This document shows, piece by piece, positions 60,870-64,000 of a DNA stretch of 64,000 nt (position 1 is the stretch's first letter; each line of letters opens with the position of its first letter). The translations under genes were made by a program, and so were the position numbers. The notes beneath the pieces were generated by a model that searched no databases, was not told where the DNA came from, and saw only the letters and a list, made by a program, of their open reading frames with translations. Source of the stretch: Xylographa opegraphella (Eukaryota); the NCBI GenBank assembly GCA_022813865.1, contig JALDZX010000032.1, positions 62,001 through 126,000 of the forward strand. The letters run 5' to 3'.

Positions 60870-63659
60870 CTACAACTCGTCGTGCTTCTCCCCGCTGAGA
60901 TCCTCCATCATCATGATCTTCACTACCAAGCTTGTCCACCCGGTGAAGTGCTGCGTCCGTTGCCCGGCACCTGTAGCAGGGTTGTACTGTTCCCATGCGA
61001 ACCCTGTCCGCTCCCACTCATTGTAGACGTTATTCACGAGGTTTGAGCGTAGTTTGGTGTACATATCTCGCGCCTGCTTCTGGTGCGGGCCGGTAGACTT
61101 GGCGATTACCTGCAGAACATTAGTACCAGTGGAGCTTCGAGATGAAGTTTAAGACCGCTTACGTGAAGGTTCTTCACGATCATGTAGTTCATGTTCATCC
61201 AAATGGGACTTCTCCAGTAGTTTTCTCCAGTTTCATAGAACTCATCTTTCTTACTCAAACTTCGGATACCGTACTCGCTCCATAATTCTTCCGGGTCACT
61301 GATGAGATCTAAAACAGCGCCTAGTCTAGGGCTGTCGGGAGGCAATAAGCCTGTCATGAACGGGAAAATTGAGATATACCCCTTATGACAGACGTGGATG
61401 CTTTCTTCATAATCATCAATCGTTGCATCGCAGTAAGTCTTTGCTTCACTGTCCCAATGCAGGTCGTCAATGTTCCGTATGATGGCTTTTTCATATCCTG
61501 CGAACTCTGTGGCATCGTCGGTCTCCTTTATGGTTTCGGCAATACGGCGCATAGATCTTGTCATCATACCCAGCCAGCTTATCAAGTCAGTATGGAGCTC
61601 ACCCGGATGTGGAGGCTGTGGACGAGGATAATCATCCAGCCCAGACGTGAGAATATGCTCGGGTGTCCGCCCTCGCCATCGATAGGCCTCTTTGGTAGAG
61701 AAAGCATCTCGGTCATACGATTTGATGTCGCCCCATTGCGTTCTTCGATACCAGAAATAATGCCTCCTTAGCAAAGGATAAATTTCTTTTAAATAGGCAA
61801 GTGCTTGTTCTGGTTCTTGGAGATGAGCGTTGCGAATGGAATCGTATGTGTCACTAGTGTCAAGGGTTGATGGTCCTCCTGAAAGGATCTTATCTATAAG
61901 AGTTTCGAGAACGAGGAATAGAGTCGGTGGATTAGCGTAGTGTGGGTATTGGATTTGAAATTCGACCGGCACTTTGCTACGAGCTTCTGCACCGAGAATT
62001 TGTTCTCGTCCGATCCAGCCATCGTCATCCATAAGTTTGAACCAGCTTCGCACAATCTCTAGGCTACAAAAAATCAGCTAACGTGGCCTTTTGAGGGTTT
62101 ATAACGTACGTGAGGTCCATGTCCCATTCGGCAACTGGTAGTAGGTGAAAGCCTTCATCCCACAAAAAGCCTCTCGGAAAGAACGGTCTTGATGGAATAC
62201 TGGTATAAAGCTCAGAAGGTCCTTCAAGCTTGAAGCCTCCTCTATTCCGAGCTTCGGCAGTCTCTTGCCAAAACCCCTCATTTTCTTCCTCGTACTCGGT
62301 AGCATATGATCTATCGACCACTGCATCTCCATAAAAGTACCCAATACCTCCGATCAAGTTCGAGAACATCGATTTGGCAAACGGTTGATATTTGGGCTTA
62401 TCGAAAGGAGACTTTGGCATGAGGATCTTATTGAAACGAGCCGCAAAGGACTCCGTGGTACGAGTTATACCTTTAGAAAGTTCTTCCGCTGGAAGGAGTT
62501 CAGTAAGCGTGTTTCGATTGTTTAACAAGCTCTGAGCTTACAAGTCAATGGCTTAGACGACGAGCCAGATGAATACAGAATATCGAACTTTAGCCAAAGT
62601 CAGTATTATTGATAGACCATGTAGCTTTCAAGATACCGACTTCGAAGGCGCCTTCGAACACCTTCTGAATAAGATGTAAATTTCCTTCACGAACTTCATT
62701 GCCAATGGTGAATGTTTGCCATGGTGGCGGAGTGTTCTCGTTGCCATACTTCTCGATATACTCGTCGATCTGGCTTTTCATATGGTTGAATAAGAGCGCT
62801 TCATCCAGAGACCTAATAGTCAGTCCATAACCTCAAAACAGTCATCTTGGTTCCCATAACCTACGCTTAGTTTGCCATATGGCTTCTTCAGGTGCCTGAA
62901 AGCTTGCTACCATTGTCCTATCGAGAGGCTTGCTACCGTATGCATCATGTGTTCGTGGCGGATGCTGATTGGTATCCGGACCAGCCGTAATGTCGATTGT
63001 GAATTCTCCCAGCCCATTCGCCTGTCCTTTTAAAGTCACAGTTCCTTCATGCCCAAGCTCGTTGGGTTCGTTCTCGACTGCCAACGTCCCCAAACCCTCC
63101 ATGGAAGCATAAAAAATGACCGTACTCATAAGGCGAGATGGGGCATCGTCTCTTGGCGTTCCTTTCACCCTTACACCCCAGCTACCACCGTTTTGGCCTC
63201 CTGGGAACTTGACAAACTCTGTTGTGAGATCGAGCTTGTTGCCAGCGTCATGGATTGTTTGACGGCCACCATTTCTGACATCGTACTCATCCCATCCATA
63301 ACCTGCCATGCCCTCATTCTGTTCGCATGTATGACGGAAGTCTGCAATGCGGATTGTTAGCCAATTGACTTTGCGAGTCGAGTAAAATAGCCCATATAGC
63401 AGGATAGAAAGCTCGACCACGTACTTTCTTGGACATGATAGTCGTCGACTTTGGCCCAAAGCAGTCCCGTGGACAAACTTAACGGTATCCGAGGCTTGAC
63501 GCCAAAGTACAAGTTGGGTCTATAAGGTCCCCATAGCAGAGACTCATTGGATGTTTTGGCTGCTCCACCAAGGATTTCTTGGTCTTGTGCAGCAATGAAA
63601 TATGGCAATAATGAAATAACAACGAAAGCAAACGCTGAAGAGCGCCAATTCGCTAGCAT
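60870..63659 (-). CDS. CWH41: Mannosyl-oligosaccharide glucosidase I (GH63)
   Basis: SLLWGPYRPNLYFG, PSRPFFPRGFLWDEGFH, GWIGREQILGAEAR, SGLDDYPR, YWRSPIWMNMNY and GFAWEQYN...HFTGWTSLV. Confidence 0.96.
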
Positions 63660-64000
63660 GATGGCGAAAGAGCGGCAGAGTACAATAGCCCTTATACGTA
63701 GCGTAAGAGGCCCATTCTTGAATATATGCCTGGGCACTTTTGGTCAGGCTACTCTACCAGAAACTATTTGAAGCCACATGGCAGATCTAGGGAGCTTCAG
63801 CCACACGAGCCACCGATGTACTCAGGGGCTGTCCCGCTGTTCGAAGCGAGGACAGTGGAGCCGGCGCTTGTGCGTCACTCAAAGACAAGGTACTGTATCT
63901 CACAGACCTCCAAGGGTTGTATATTATTCCTTCAATCAGGTACCGCTTATTGAGGCACTCTACGGTCCGAAGTAGCCATCACCTACATACACTACGGGAG

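Noticed and set aside
16444..63659. Apparent glycosylation gene cluster (CAX4, VRG4, CWH41, mannosidase)
   Set aside because: The genes are 10-20 kb apart and interleaved with unrelated housekeeping genes; coincidence is sufficient.

Overview
Gene-dense genomic DNA from a filamentous ascomycete (Pezizomycotina-type genes with short GT-AG introns and CTRAC branch sites); the class cannot be fixed from sequence alone. About 25 protein-coding genes can be reconstructed by hand. Housekeeping genes: RPS1, BDP1, BRE1, CAX4/CWH8, an RWD-RBR E3 ligase, GYP7, formin SepA/Bni1, MMM1, VRG4, a phosducin-like protein and glucosidase I CWH41. Accessory genes: an F-box protein, an EthD protein, a LAC12/CDT-type sugar permease beside an intracellular GH2 beta-mannosidase, a GPI-CFEM protein, a 2OG-Fe(II) oxygenase, an FAD monooxygenase and an SGNH hydrolase. 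The most unusual signal is non-coding. The first ~710 nt are densely packed with nested helices, including a ~50-bp long-range stem and a GCAU-UUGGA-AUGC hairpin resembling telomerase RNA P6.1. This suggests the end of a large structured RNA, hypothetically telomerase RNA, that runs off the window edge. Also notable are a palindromic array of 23-bp units (17471-17689) and an orphan zinc-finger-like gene that seems to need a GC-AG intron. There are no CRISPR arrays, rRNA genes or convincing tRNA genes. Gene models and folds were derived by eye and are not computationally verified.
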